From Thainema sp. (GTDB lineage: Bacteria; Cyanobacteriota; Cyanobacteriia; Phormidesmidales; Phormidesmidaceae), in NCBI GenBank assembly GCA_052168235.1, contig JBQLZK010000028.1:1-64000 (forward strand): a DNA stretch of 64,000 nucleotides, in the 5' to 3' direction. Shown here one piece after another: positions 50,107-59,075 of this stretch. The notes beneath the pieces were generated by a model, which searched no databases, had not been told where the DNA came from, and saw only the letters and a list, made by a program, of their open reading frames with translations. The position numbers and the translations under genes are program-made. The first letter of the stretch is position 1. Every line of letters starts with the position of its first letter.

Positions 50107-50340
50107 ATGAGCGTTGACAGTACAAAATTCCAAGCCGAACTCGATTCTGCGATCGCAGAAGCCCATCGCATCCAGGCCGAAAAAGGAGCGGACTCACCGG
50201 AATGTGCCGCCGCCTGGGATGCCGTTGAAGAAATGCGGGCTGAGGTATCGCACCAGCATCAAGCGTCGCCAACGTCTAATTTCCAAAAATATGTAGACGA
50301 GCATCCCGATGCGCCGGAAGCTCGCATGTACGACGACTGA
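50107..50340 (+). CDS. cp12: CP12 variant with a single cysteine
   Basis: AAAWDAVEE core, YVDEHPDAPEARMYDD C-terminus; AAGGAG RBS. Confidence 0.85.
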   Translation: MSVDSTKFQAELDSAIAEAHRIQAEKGADSPECAAAWDAVEEMRAEVSHQHQASPTSNFQKYVDEHPDAPEARMYDD

Positions 50341-50415
50341 ACCGCGACTCACCGATCTATCTATGCTCACAAGCCATACCCCGTGTTTGACCAGGGGTGA
50401 AGGGAGGTTTACGAA

Positions 50416-51843
50416 ATGTCTAAAACGGTTGTGATTGATCCCGTCACTCGGATTGAGGGTCACGCCAAGATCTCCGTCTTTCTCAACGATGCCGGAGAGG
50501 TCGATAAAGCACAGTTTCACGTGGTGGAATATCGGGGATTCGAGAAGTTTTGCGAAGGCCGCCCCTTCACCGAAATGGCCGGAATTACGGCGCGCATCTG
50601 CGGCATTTGTCCCGTAAGCCACCTGATTTGCGCTGCCAAAACGGGCGATAAAATCCTGGCGGTGAAAGTGCCAGTGGCGGCAGACAAACTGCGGCGCTTG
50701 ATGAACTTGGCCCAAATTACCCAATCCCATGCGCTCTCGTTTTTCCACTTGAGCAGTCCCGATTTTCTACTCGGCTGGGATAGCGATCCGGCCAAGCGCA
50801 ATGTGTTTGGACTAATCGCCGCTGATCCAGAGCTGGCTAGAGCGGGCATTCGCCTGCGTCAGTTCGGTCAAAAAATTATCGAAATTCTGGGTGGGCGCAA
50901 GATTCACGCCGCTTGGACTGTCCCCGGTGGAGTGCGATCGCCGCTGAGTGAAGAGGGTCGCGCTTGGATTGTCGATCGGCTACCGGAATCCCTCGATACC
51001 GTCCGTAAAGCCCTGGATATCTTCAAGGGGCTAATCAACGGCCCGATGCAGGAAGAAGTGAACGTGTTTGGCGAATTCCCGTCGCTATTCATGAGTCTGG
51101 TTGGTAAAGATGGCGAATGGGAGCATTACGACGGCTATCTGCGCTTTACCGACAGCAACGGCAATATCGTTGCCGATCACCTGAGCGAGGACGACTACCA
51201 GGACTTCCTGGGTGAAGCGGTGGAAGACTGGTCATACCTGAAATTCCCCTATTACAAGCCCCTGGGCTATCCCGGCGGCATCTATCGGGTGGGGCCACTG
51301 GCGCGGTTGAACAACTGTAGCCACATTGGCACGCCCAGCGCCAATGCTGAACTGCAAGCCTTCCGGGAATATGCGGGCGGCGTGCCTACCTCGTCGTTCC
51401 TCTACCACTATGCGCGGCTAATTGAAATTCTGGCCTGTCTCGAAAAAATTCAGGTGCTGATGGACGATCCGGATATGATGTCCAGCCGAGTCCGCTCCGA
51501 AGCGGGCGTGAACTCCCTGGTCGGCATCGGCGTCAGCGAAGCACCGCGCGGCACCCTGTTCCATCACTATCAGGTGGATGAAAATGGCCTAATCAAAAAG
51601 GTCAACCTGATTATTGCCACGGGGCACAACAATCTGGCCATGAACAAAACCGTCACCCAGATTGCCCAGCACTACATCCACGGCGAAGACATTCCCGAAG
51701 GCTTCCTGAACCGAGTCGAAGCAGGCATCCGCTGTTATGATCCCTGCCTCTCCTGCTCCACCCATGCGGTGGGCCAAATGCCGCTGCACATTCAGCTGGT
51801 GAAGCCGGACGGTTCCGTCGCGAAAGAGGTGTATCGGGATTAA
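50416..51843 (+). CDS. hoxH: Bidirectional [NiFe] hydrogenase large subunit
   Basis: [30 protein letters not shown] plus cleavable extension. Confidence 0.97.
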   Translation: MSKTVVIDPVTRIEGHAKISVFLNDAGEVDKAQFHVVEYRGFEKFCEGRPFTEMAGITARICGICPVSHLICAAKTGDKILAVKVPVAADKLRRLMNLAQITQSHALSFFHLSSPDFLLGWDSDPAKRNVFGLIAADPELARAGIRLRQFGQKIIEILGGRKIHAAWTVPGGVRSPLSEEGRAWIVDRLPESLDTVRKALDIFKGLINGPMQEEVNVFGEFPSLFMSLVGKDGEWEHYDGYLRFTDSNGNIVADHLSEDDYQDFLGEAVEDWSYLKFPYYKPLGYPGGIYRVGPLARLNNCSHIGTPSANAELQAFREYAGGVPTSSFLYHYARLIEILACLEKIQVLMDDPDMMSSRVRSEAGVNSLVGIGVSEAPRGTLFHHYQVDENGLIKKVNLIIATGHNNLAMNKTVTQIAQHYIHGEDIPEGFLNRVEAGIRCYDPCLSCSTHAVGQMPLHIQLVKPDGSVAKEVYRD

Positions 51844-51940
51844 TTGAGAGTGAAGGAGAAGTGCGATCGCACTTTTAATCACTATGCTGATCGCACTTGT
51901 CTGAATCTGCCCATGTTGCTACTAGGGAGGGAAAAGCCAG

Positions 51941-52213
51941 ATGGCCAAAGAAAACTTATTTCTCTGTATGGGATCGGCCTGCCATCAACTGGGTGTCTAC
52001 GACGTGCTGCCCAAACTGCAAGCTCTAATCCAAAAGCACGGTCTTGAACAGGAGATTGAGCTGAAGGGATCATTCTGCCTGGAAACCTGTAGCCAAGGCA
52101 TCGTCATGAAGTTCCACGACACCTGCTTTTCCAACATCAGCCCTCAAAATGTCGAATCCAAATTCGAAGCCGAAATTCTGCCGAAAATTCAGTCAGCTCT
52201 GTCGGCAGTTTAG
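51941..52213 (+). CDS. Thioredoxin-like [2Fe-2S] ferredoxin (HfsA-like)
   Basis: CMGSACH..G and ELKGSFCLETC motifs; GGAGG RBS. Confidence 0.8.
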   Translation: MAKENLFLCMGSACHQLGVYDVLPKLQALIQKHGLEQEIELKGSFCLETCSQGIVMKFHDTCFSNISPQNVESKFEAEILPKIQSALSAV

Positions 52214-52218
52214 GTCAA

Positions 52219-52250
52219 GCGTAGGGGCGAATGGCCATTCGCCCCTACGC
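52219..52250. repeat. Perfect 32-bp GTAG REP palindrome
   Basis: gcgtaggggcgaatgg|ccattcgcccctacgc. Confidence 0.85.
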
Positions 52251-52290
52251 AATTTAACGCTCCCAGTCCCCATTCTCAGCTTGTTGCACC

Positions 52291-52851
52291 ATGCTGATCC
52301 CTACCGTGACTGCTAACGTACCCAATCACCTCTGGCAAATCCTCTGGGAATACGACCCCAATGGTCTAATCGTGGTCGATGCCGATTTGTATATCAAGCT
52401 GGTGAATCCGGCCTTTTGTGAGATGTTTGGCATCAAGCCGGACGATGCCATCGGCCAGCCAGCGGAAACGATTTTAGACGATGTCAGCGACTTTAAGCGG
52501 GTGTGGGAAACGGGCACGGTGATTCGCAATCAGCTCAAGCAGTATACGCAGCCGCCGCTGTTGCTCAACCAGGTGATTTTCTCCATTGAGGATGAGGGCA
52601 TCATTGCCTGCATCATGACCGACTTCAGCCATCAGCTAGCGCAAAAGCAGGCGCTCACCAAGCTGAAGCACGAGACGATTAAGCAGGTGAACGAAGTGGT
52701 CGATCACCAAATGAAAGTGGTGCAGGAAATCGCCGGACTGCTGGGCGAAACGACTGCCGAAACCAAAGTCAGCCTGCTGAAAATTATTCAGATGCTACAG
52801 CAGGAAGCGAGCGATTCTTTGCCGTTGTTGAATCCCGATGAGCAGCCGTGA
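52291..52851 (+). CDS. PAS-domain protein resembling the C-terminus of sensory [FeFe] hydrogenase HfsB/HydS
   Basis: PNGLIVVD..VNPAF..F PAS start; QMKVVQEIAGLLGETTAETKVSL tail. Confidence 0.8.
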   Translation: MLIPTVTANVPNHLWQILWEYDPNGLIVVDADLYIKLVNPAFCEMFGIKPDDAIGQPAETILDDVSDFKRVWETGTVIRNQLKQYTQPPLLLNQVIFSIEDEGIIACIMTDFSHQLAQKQALTKLKHETIKQVNEVVDHQMKVVQEIAGLLGETTAETKVSLLKIIQMLQQEASDSLPLLNPDEQP

Positions 52852-54091
52852 CATGGAACAGATTTTGTCTTCAACGCGGACTGATGTGGATGCCACCGTT
52901 CGTTCTTCGCCTCTGATTGCTGTGATGGAAGCCGACAATTTTCTCGATATTGCAGTCAGCAGTTTGAATAAGCAGGGCGAGGAATTGTGCGGTGACAAGG
53001 TGAAGTATCTGAAAACCGATGATCAGGTGATTATCGTCCTGTCAGACGGTTTGGGCAGCGGCGTGAAGGCAAATATTTTGGCCACGCTCACCACTGAAAT
53101 TCTGATCACGATGCTGAATGCGGATGTGCCGCTGGAAGAAGTCCTGAAGACAGTAATTGCGACGCTGCCGATCTGCCAGGTGCGGAAGATTGCCTACTCC
53201 ACGTTCACGATTTTGCGGATCAATCCGGCCAATAACCACTTCCGCGTGATTAATTTTGACAATCCGGCTCCGTTCTATTTCCACCAGGGTAAGGCCGTCA
53301 AGCTAGAGCTGAAAACGCAGGAAATCCTCGGTCGCAAAATTCAAATTGGTGAAGGCTATCTGCAACGGGGCGATTTTCTGGGCGCGATTAGTGACGGGGT
53401 ACTCTATGCCGGGATGGGCATTACGCTGAATTTTGGCTGGGGCTGGGAGAATATCGCGAGTCACATTGAGCAGGTGTTGGTGAATCGCGCTCACACGGCT
53501 CGCACCATTATTCGCGAGGTGATTCGGCATACCCATGAGCTGTATCAAGGCGCAACCGGGGATGATGCCACGTTTGTTGGGGTGTATGTTCGCCAACGCA
53601 ATCCGCTGCTGATTTTTACGGGGCCACCGCTGGATGCGGAGCAGGATGAAGCCTACGTCAGCCGCTTTCTGGAATTTGAAGGGCGCAAGGTGATTTGCGG
53701 CGGTACGACTGGCAACATCGTGGCAAATTTCCTGGGCGAAATGATTGACATGGATCTGTCCACCATGCGGCGGGAACTGCCACCCATTGGCATGTTGAGC
53801 TGCGTAGATCTGGTCACGGAAGGGATTTTGACGCTCTCGAAGGCTACCGAGTATATCCGCAACTGTCACTGCGATGTCAGCCAGCTCCAGTTTGACAATA
53901 ACGGTGCTTACTTGCTCAGCAAAGAGATTTTGCAGGCGGATTCGATTCACTTTCTGGTTGGCCAAAGCATCAACGAGTTCTATCAAAATCCGCTGCTGCC
54001 CAAGAACATCTCAATTCGGCGCAGTCTCGTTGAAACATTGGTAGACGTGCTGAGGGCGGGGCAGAAGGAGGTGATGGTGGAGTATTGCTAG
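52838..54091 (+). CDS. SpoIIE/PP2C-type Ser/Thr phosphatase (HfsC-like); start may be 52925
   Basis: LNKQGEELCGD, SDGLGSGVKANILATLT, SDGV, GDDAT, ICGGTT, DLVTEGILTL. Confidence 0.85.
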   Translation: MSSRDMEQILSSTRTDVDATVRSSPLIAVMEADNFLDIAVSSLNKQGEELCGDKVKYLKTDDQVIIVLSDGLGSGVKANILATLTTEILITMLNADVPLEEVLKTVIATLPICQVRKIAYSTFTILRINPANNHFRVINFDNPAPFYFHQGKAVKLELKTQEILGRKIQIGEGYLQRGDFLGAISDGVLYAGMGITLNFGWGWENIASHIEQVLVNRAHTARTIIREVIRHTHELYQGATGDDATFVGVYVRQRNPLLIFTGPPLDAEQDEAYVSRFLEFEGRKVICGGTTGNIVANFLGEMIDMDLSTMRRELPPIGMLSCVDLVTEGILTLSKATEYIRNCHCDVSQLQFDNNGAYLLSKEILQADSIHFLVGQSINEFYQNPLLPKNISIRRSLVETLVDVLRAGQKEVMVEYC

Positions 54092-54240
54092 GGGGGAGTA
54101 GGGGAGAGAGGGTGGATGGGTGGATGGGTGGATGGGTGGATGAGTGGATGGGTAAGGAGTAGGGAGTAGGGAGTAGGTGAGAAAGGGGGTGGGAGTGGGG
54201 ATGGGTGTTGGTTGCGATGTAGGGAGTAAGGGGGGGAAGG
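54092..54240. repeat. G-rich short tandem repeats (GGATGGGT)n and (GGGAGTA)n
   Basis: Directly visible; reverse complement of the 2361-2433 unit. Confidence 0.85.
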
Positions 54241-54242
54241 AG

Positions 54243-54722
54243 ATGGTGGGGATGTTGGTGGTTGGGTATGGCAATACGTTGCGGGGGGATGATGCGGTGG
54301 GGTATGAGATTGCGGAGGTGGTGCAGGATTGGGGGTTGGCTGGTGTGGAGGCGGTAGCTTGCCATCAGTTGACGCCGGAATTGGCAGATGCGATCGCAAC
54401 TTTCCAATCCATTATTTTCGTAGATGCTGCGATCGCATCTGTCACCACCTCATCGGATATCACGCTGGAGCGGGTGGAACCGAGTGAGCAAAATCCGTTT
54501 ACGACCCATGCGTCTACGCCAGCGGCGTTGCTGACCTTAGCGAAGTGGCTCTATGACGCGACCCCTGTTGCCTATCAGCTGACGATTCCAGCGATTGAGT
54601 TTGAGTTTACGGAAAGCCTGTCGCCTGTGACGGCTGAGGGCAAACGGCTGGCGCTGATGCAGTTACGCCGCATGTGTGAAGACACGCCATCCTCTGCAAT
54701 GGGAGGCTACGCGAATGCATGA
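54243..54722 (+). CDS. hoxW: Hydrogenase maturation protease
   Basis: VGYGNTLRGDDAVG, HQLTPEL, FVDA, TH..TP. Confidence 0.9.
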   Translation: MVGMLVVGYGNTLRGDDAVGYEIAEVVQDWGLAGVEAVACHQLTPELADAIATFQSIIFVDAAIASVTTSSDITLERVEPSEQNPFTTHASTPAALLTLAKWLYDATPVAYQLTIPAIEFEFTESLSPVTAEGKRLALMQLRRMCEDTPSSAMGGYANA

Positions 54723-55056
54723 AGTGAGCATCATGGAAAGCACGCTGGAACTGGCGGAGCAGTCGGCCCAGCAGCAGGGCGCAACGCGGATTCACCAGTT
54801 GACGCTGCGGGTGGGTGAGCTGTCGGGAGTGATTCCGGAGGCGCTGCGGTTTGCCTTTGATGTGGTGGCCCAGGGCACGATGGCGGCAGCGGCCAAGTTA
54901 ACCATTGAATCGGTGCCTGCGGTGTGTCATTGCCCCGTTTGCGATCGCGACTTTCAGCCACCGGACATCATCTATGAATGTCCCCACTGCCACGGGCTAG
55001 CGACGGAACTGCGGCAGGGCAAAGAACTAGAACTTGTATCGTTGGAGGTGTCTTAA
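54715..55056 (+). CDS. hypA: Hydrogenase nickel metallochaperone
   Basis: MHE start, CPVC/CPHC, GKELEL. Confidence 0.95.
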   Translation: MHEVSIMESTLELAEQSAQQQGATRIHQLTLRVGELSGVIPEALRFAFDVVAQGTMAAAAKLTIESVPAVCHCPVCDRDFQPPDIIYECPHCHGLATELRQGKELELVSLEVS

Positions 55057-55057
55057 G

Positions 55058-56005
55058 ATGTGTCAGAACTGCGGCTGTAGCCAAGTTGGCGCGGTGACGA
55101 TTGACGGCATAGAAATGCCCGCGCATTCACATGAGGATACGCATGGTCACGCCCACGATCACATGCATGATCATCCTCATATCCATTCACCCTCCCACTC
55201 TCCTACCCTCCCACCCGATCACCCATCTACCCATCCACCCATCCACCCTCATACTCACCCACCCGATCACAACCATTCCCACACGCTAACAGTGCATCAG
55301 GGAATTCTGAGCAAAAATGATCGTTTAGCTGCCCAAAATCGCGAATCTTTTAAAGCGGCGGGTGTGTTGGTACTCAACGTTCTCTCCTCCCCAGGAGCCG
55401 GAAAAACGGCGCTTATTGAACGCTTAGCTCAAGATTTAGCCGCGCAAACGCCTCAAGATGGGCCGCAGTCTCTCAAAATGGGCGTTGTTGTGGGCGATTT
55501 AGCGACGGACAATGATGCTCAGCGGTTACGGCAGGCGGGTGCGCCAGCGGTGCAGATCACGACGGGTAATGCCTGTCATCTAGAAGCGGAAATGGTAGCG
55601 CAGTCGCTAACCCGATTAGACCAGTGGCCGGAGTTCGATCTGCTGGTAATTGAAAATGTGGGTAATCTGGTGTGCCCGACCAGCTATGACCTGGGCGAAA
55701 CGCTGCGGGTGGTGTTGCTGTCTACGACCGAGGGAGAAGATAAGCCGCTGAAGTATCCGGCCACGTTTAAGAGTGCGGATGTGGTGTTGTTGACGAAGGT
55801 GGATATTGCCGAAGCCGTGGGTTGCGATCGCACTTTAGCTCTCTCAAATATTCAACGAGTTGCACCACAGGCCAAAGTGTTTGAAGTCTCAGCCCGAACG
55901 GGGGCAGGGTTGTCGGATTGGTATGAGTATTTGGTGGGTCAGCTTGTGCTGCTGGAAAACAAACCAGTAGGGTGCTGTATAGCCCTTCGGGCATGGCTGC
56001 GCTAA
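55058..56005 (+). CDS. hypB: Hydrogenase nickel incorporation GTPase
   Basis: MCQNCGC, His-rich segment, [27 protein letters not shown]. Confidence 0.95.
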   Translation: MCQNCGCSQVGAVTIDGIEMPAHSHEDTHGHAHDHMHDHPHIHSPSHSPTLPPDHPSTHPPIHPHTHPPDHNHSHTLTVHQGILSKNDRLAAQNRESFKAAGVLVLNVLSSPGAGKTALIERLAQDLAAQTPQDGPQSLKMGVVVGDLATDNDAQRLRQAGAPAVQITTGNACHLEAEMVAQSLTRLDQWPEFDLLVIENVGNLVCPTSYDLGETLRVVLLSTTEGEDKPLKYPATFKSADVVLLTKVDIAEAVGCDRTLALSNIQRVAPQAKVFEVSARTGAGLSDWYEYLVGQLVLLENKPVGCCIALRAWLR

Positions 56006-56022
56006 AGCGAAGCGTAACGCAC
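55967..56022. repeat. 56-bp composite REP-like element overlapping the hypB 3' end
   Basis: 50/56 identical to 25144-25199. Confidence 0.8.
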
Positions 56023-56195
56023 CGTTCATGGATTTACCTTGATGTAGTTGAGGTGTGGGAAAAAACCCGTTTGTGGTGGTGCTTGCCCCCACGCCCCCGC
56101 TGGAGGACGAGTCGCTTCCCCCAGACCCCCTCCGAAAAAATAACCTGTTGGGTTAGTTAAACGTTAAGGAACGTGGATTGAATTAATCCGCAACT

Positions 56196-56261
56196 GTAGG
56201 GGCAGGTTTAGCAGACCAATTTGCATCTTGTAATCGATTTGACGGCGAAACCTGCCCCTAC
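56196..56261. repeat. GTAG-type REP-like element
   Basis: gtaggggcaggttt...aaacctgcccctac. Confidence 0.75.
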
Positions 56262-56290
56262 GAGATGTCGAATTTAATTCACAATCCCAA

Positions 56291-58969
56291 ATGAAGGGTG
56301 TGGTTATGGTTGCAGTACCTTATCCCAAATCGAATATCCCTCAGCGTTTGAGTCTCCATGTGGAGGGGATTGTGCAGGGTGTGGGCTTTCGGCCTTTTGT
56401 GTATACGCTGGCGCGGTCGGTGGGGGTGACAGGTTGGGTGCAGAATACGGCGCAGGGTGTGTTTATTGAAATTGAAGGAACGGCGGCGCAACTGCAATCG
56501 TTTCAGCAGCGGTTGGAGGCCGAGAAACCGGAACATGCGTTGCTTCAGCGAGTGGAGGTAACGCAGTTAGAGAGTATGGGCGATCAGGACTTTCGTATCC
56601 TCCCGTCTTCTCAAACAGCGGCGAAAACGGCTTTAATTCTGCCCGATCTGGCCACCTGTCCTACCTGTCTCGCAGAAATGTGGGAGCCGACGAATCGCCG
56701 CTATCGCTATCCGTTTATCAACTGCACCCACTGCGGCCCCCGGTTCAGCATTGTGCGATCGCTACCCTATGATCGACCGCATACGACAATGGCAGGATTT
56801 CCGCTTTGTCCTGACTGTCGGCGAGAGTATGAAGACCCCTGCGATCGCAGATTTCACGCGCAGCCCAATGCTTGCTCAACCTGCGGCCCGCATGTGGAAC
56901 TGTGGGATCGAGAAGGTAACTGTTTAGAGCAATCTGATCCAGCGCTTCGGCAGGCAGCAGTGGCACTTGAACAGGGGCAAGTCCTGGCGCTGAAGGGACT
57001 GGGCGGATTTCATCTGATGGTGGATGCCACTAACGAAGCGGCGGTGCAAACGCTGCGGCAGCGGAAGCATCGACCGGATAAGCCGTTAGCGGTGATATTT
57101 CCGTCGTTGGCGATGCTGCGCGATTACTGTGAGGTATCCGATGCCGCCGTGCAGGTGATGCAATCGGCGGCGGCTCCGATTGTGCTGTTGCCGTTGCGCA
57201 CGGATGGCGTAATGCTTGCGCCTGGGGTAGCTCCGGGCAATCCCTCTATCGGCGCGATGTTGCCCTATACGCCGCTGCATCATTTGCTGCTGGCGGAGGT
57301 GAATCGCCCCATTGTGGCGACGAGCGGTAATTTATCCGGTGAACCAATTTGTATTGATGAGCGGGACGCTCTGGAGCGCCTGGGCCAGATTGCCGATAGC
57401 TTTCTAGTGCACAATCGCCCGATTGCCCGTCCGGTGGACGATTCCATTGTGCAGATGGTGCAGGATCAGCCCGTGACGCTGCGACGAGCCAGGGGCTATG
57501 CGCCATTTCCGGTAATGCCGCCTGTGCTCTCATCCCCAGCTCTTCTTCCTCAGGGAGAAGGGAGCAATTCTCCGGAAGTCCCTCTCCCACGGGGAGAGGG
57601 ATTTAGGGTGAGGGCCACAAACGCCGAACGACAACAAGATGTAGTTATGCTGGACGTTCCGCTTCCTGACGATACGAAGACTTTGGGTTCTAGTTCGGCG
57701 TTGAGATCCCCCCTAGCCCCCCTTAAAAAGGGGGGAATTGGTTCAAAGTTCCCCCTTTTTAAGGGGGATTTAGGGGGATCGGTTTGGGGTGTTGAAAAAC
57801 AATTGCAAGATGCCGTTATTTTGTCCGTTGGTAGTCACCTGAAAAATACCGTCGCCCTACATTTACATGGTCAAACGTTGATTAGTCAGCATTTAGGCGA
57901 TTTAGATACGCCGCAAGGGTGCGATCGCTTTAAAGAAACAATTCAGCATCTCTGTGGTTTGTACGATTTGCAGCCCACGGATGTAGATGCGATCGCACAT
58001 GACGCTCACCCGGATTACTACTCGACCCAGTTTGCTAAGGCGTTGCTCAGCCAAACCGATAAGTCCCCGCAACTCATACCTGTCCAGCATCACTACGCTC
58101 ATGTCCTGTCCTGCATGGTCGATAACCAGTGGCAGCCGCCTGTGTTGGGCGTTGCCTGGGACGGCACGGGCTATGGGCTAGACGGCACAATTTGGGGAGG
58201 TGAGCTGCTGTGGATTCCGTCCGCTCACGTGCCCGCACCGGGATTTGAGCGGGTGGGGCACGTAAAGCCGTTTCCGCTGCCGGGGAGTGAACGGGCGACG
58301 GTGGAGCCGCGCCGATCGGCGATTGGATTACTCTACAGTTGCCTGGGCGATCGCGCGTTTGACTATACGCATCTGCCCTGCTTCCAGACGTTTACCGCTC
58401 AAGAGCAGACGGTGCTGCACCAAATGCTCCAGCGGGGCTTAAATGCGCCGCTCACGTCCAGCATGGGACGGCTGTTTGATGCCGTTGCCTCGCTGGTAGG
58501 ACTCCGCCAGCAGGCCAGTTTTGAGGGACAGGCGGCGATGGCGCTGGAATTTGCGATCGCACATCCCACAGACCAACTCACAGATCAGATCTATCCCTAT
58601 GCGCTGCATCACTTGCCGGATTCCTCGCTTCAGTTTGATCCAAAGCCAATGGTGCTGGCGATTTTGGATGACTTGGCGAATCAAGAGTTAACGGCGGACA
58701 TTGCGATAACATTTCACAATACTTTAATTGCCGCATTAGTGGAAATCATTCAGCATTTATGTAAGCGGTATCCAGAACTACAGAAAGTCGCTCTTACGGG
58801 TGGATGTTTTCAAAATCGCTATTTGTTGAACCGCGCCATTCAGCAGCTCCAGGCCATAAATCTATCGGTTGGTTGGCATCAAACCATTCCCACCAATGAC
58901 GGCGGCATTTCGGCTGGGCAAACAATGGCAGCACTGATTGAGTTAAACAATCAGTTAGTTGTCAAATAG
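56291..58969 (+). CDS. hypF: Carbamoyltransferase with an in-frame repeat-derived insertion
   Basis: GIVQGVGFRP, CTHCGPR, KGLGGFH, RRARGY, QHHYAH, DGTGYG, NDGGISAGQ. Confidence 0.95.
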   Translation: MKGVVMVAVPYPKSNIPQRLSLHVEGIVQGVGFRPFVYTLARSVGVTGWVQNTAQGVFIEIEGTAAQLQSFQQRLEAEKPEHALLQRVEVTQLESMGDQDFRILPSSQTAAKTALILPDLATCPTCLAEMWEPTNRRYRYPFINCTHCGPRFSIVRSLPYDRPHTTMAGFPLCPDCRREYEDPCDRRFHAQPNACSTCGPHVELWDREGNCLEQSDPALRQAAVALEQGQVLALKGLGGFHLMVDATNEAAVQTLRQRKHRPDKPLAVIFPSLAMLRDYCEVSDAAVQVMQSAAAPIVLLPLRTDGVMLAPGVAPGNPSIGAMLPYTPLHHLLLAEVNRPIVATSGNLSGEPICIDERDALERLGQIADSFLVHNRPIARPVDDSIVQMVQDQPVTLRRARGYAPFPVMPPVLSSPALLPQGEGSNSPEVPLPRGEGFRVRATNAERQQDVVMLDVPLPDDTKTLGSSSALRSPLAPLKKGGIGSKFPLFKGDLGGSVWGVEKQLQDAVILSVGSHLKNTVALHLHGQTLISQHLGDLDTPQGCDRFKETIQHLCGLYDLQPTDVDAIAHDAHPDYYSTQFAKALLSQTDKSPQLIPVQHHYAHVLSCMVDNQWQPPVLGVAWDGTGYGLDGTIWGGELLWIPSAHVPAPGFERVGHVKPFPLPGSERATVEPRRSAIGLLYSCLGDRAFDYTHLPCFQTFTAQEQTVLHQMLQRGLNAPLTSSMGRLFDAVASLVGLRQQASFEGQAAMALEFAIAHPTDQLTDQIYPYALHHLPDSSLQFDPKPMVLAILDDLANQELTADIAITFHNTLIAALVEIIQHLCKRYPELQKVALTGGCFQNRYLLNRAIQQLQAINLSVGWHQTIPTNDGGISAGQTMAALIELNNQLVVK
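57526..57615. repeat. Dispersed palindromic element in frame within hypF
   Basis: gctctcatccccagctcttctt...ccctctcccacggggagagggatttagggtgagggc. Confidence 0.75.
57705..57780. repeat. Second dispersed palindromic element within hypF
   Basis: gatcccccctagccccccttaaaaagggggg...ccccctttttaagggggatttagggggatc. Confidence 0.8.
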
Positions 58970-59075
58970 AGTTGAAGATTAAGACGTTCAGGCGCTGAGC
59001 AAATTAAACAATCATTTGGTTGCTAAATAGACCATTTCATTCGCATTAATTACGACATTTTTAGGGCATTTAATT

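Noticed and set aside
51941..54091. Absence of HIP1 as proof of recent transfer of the hfs-like module
   Set aside because: 2.1 kb without a site is weak evidence, and composition resembles the neighbouring hox genes
53970..54407. Pro/His-rich minus-strand ORFs and the long hoxW N-terminus from 54177
   Set aside because: Products of G-rich tandem repeats; hoxW has an RBS and homology starting at 54243
57517..57815. Intein or self-splicing intron in hypF
   Set aside because: No Cys/Ser start with His-Asn end and no intron core; the DNA is palindromic repeat
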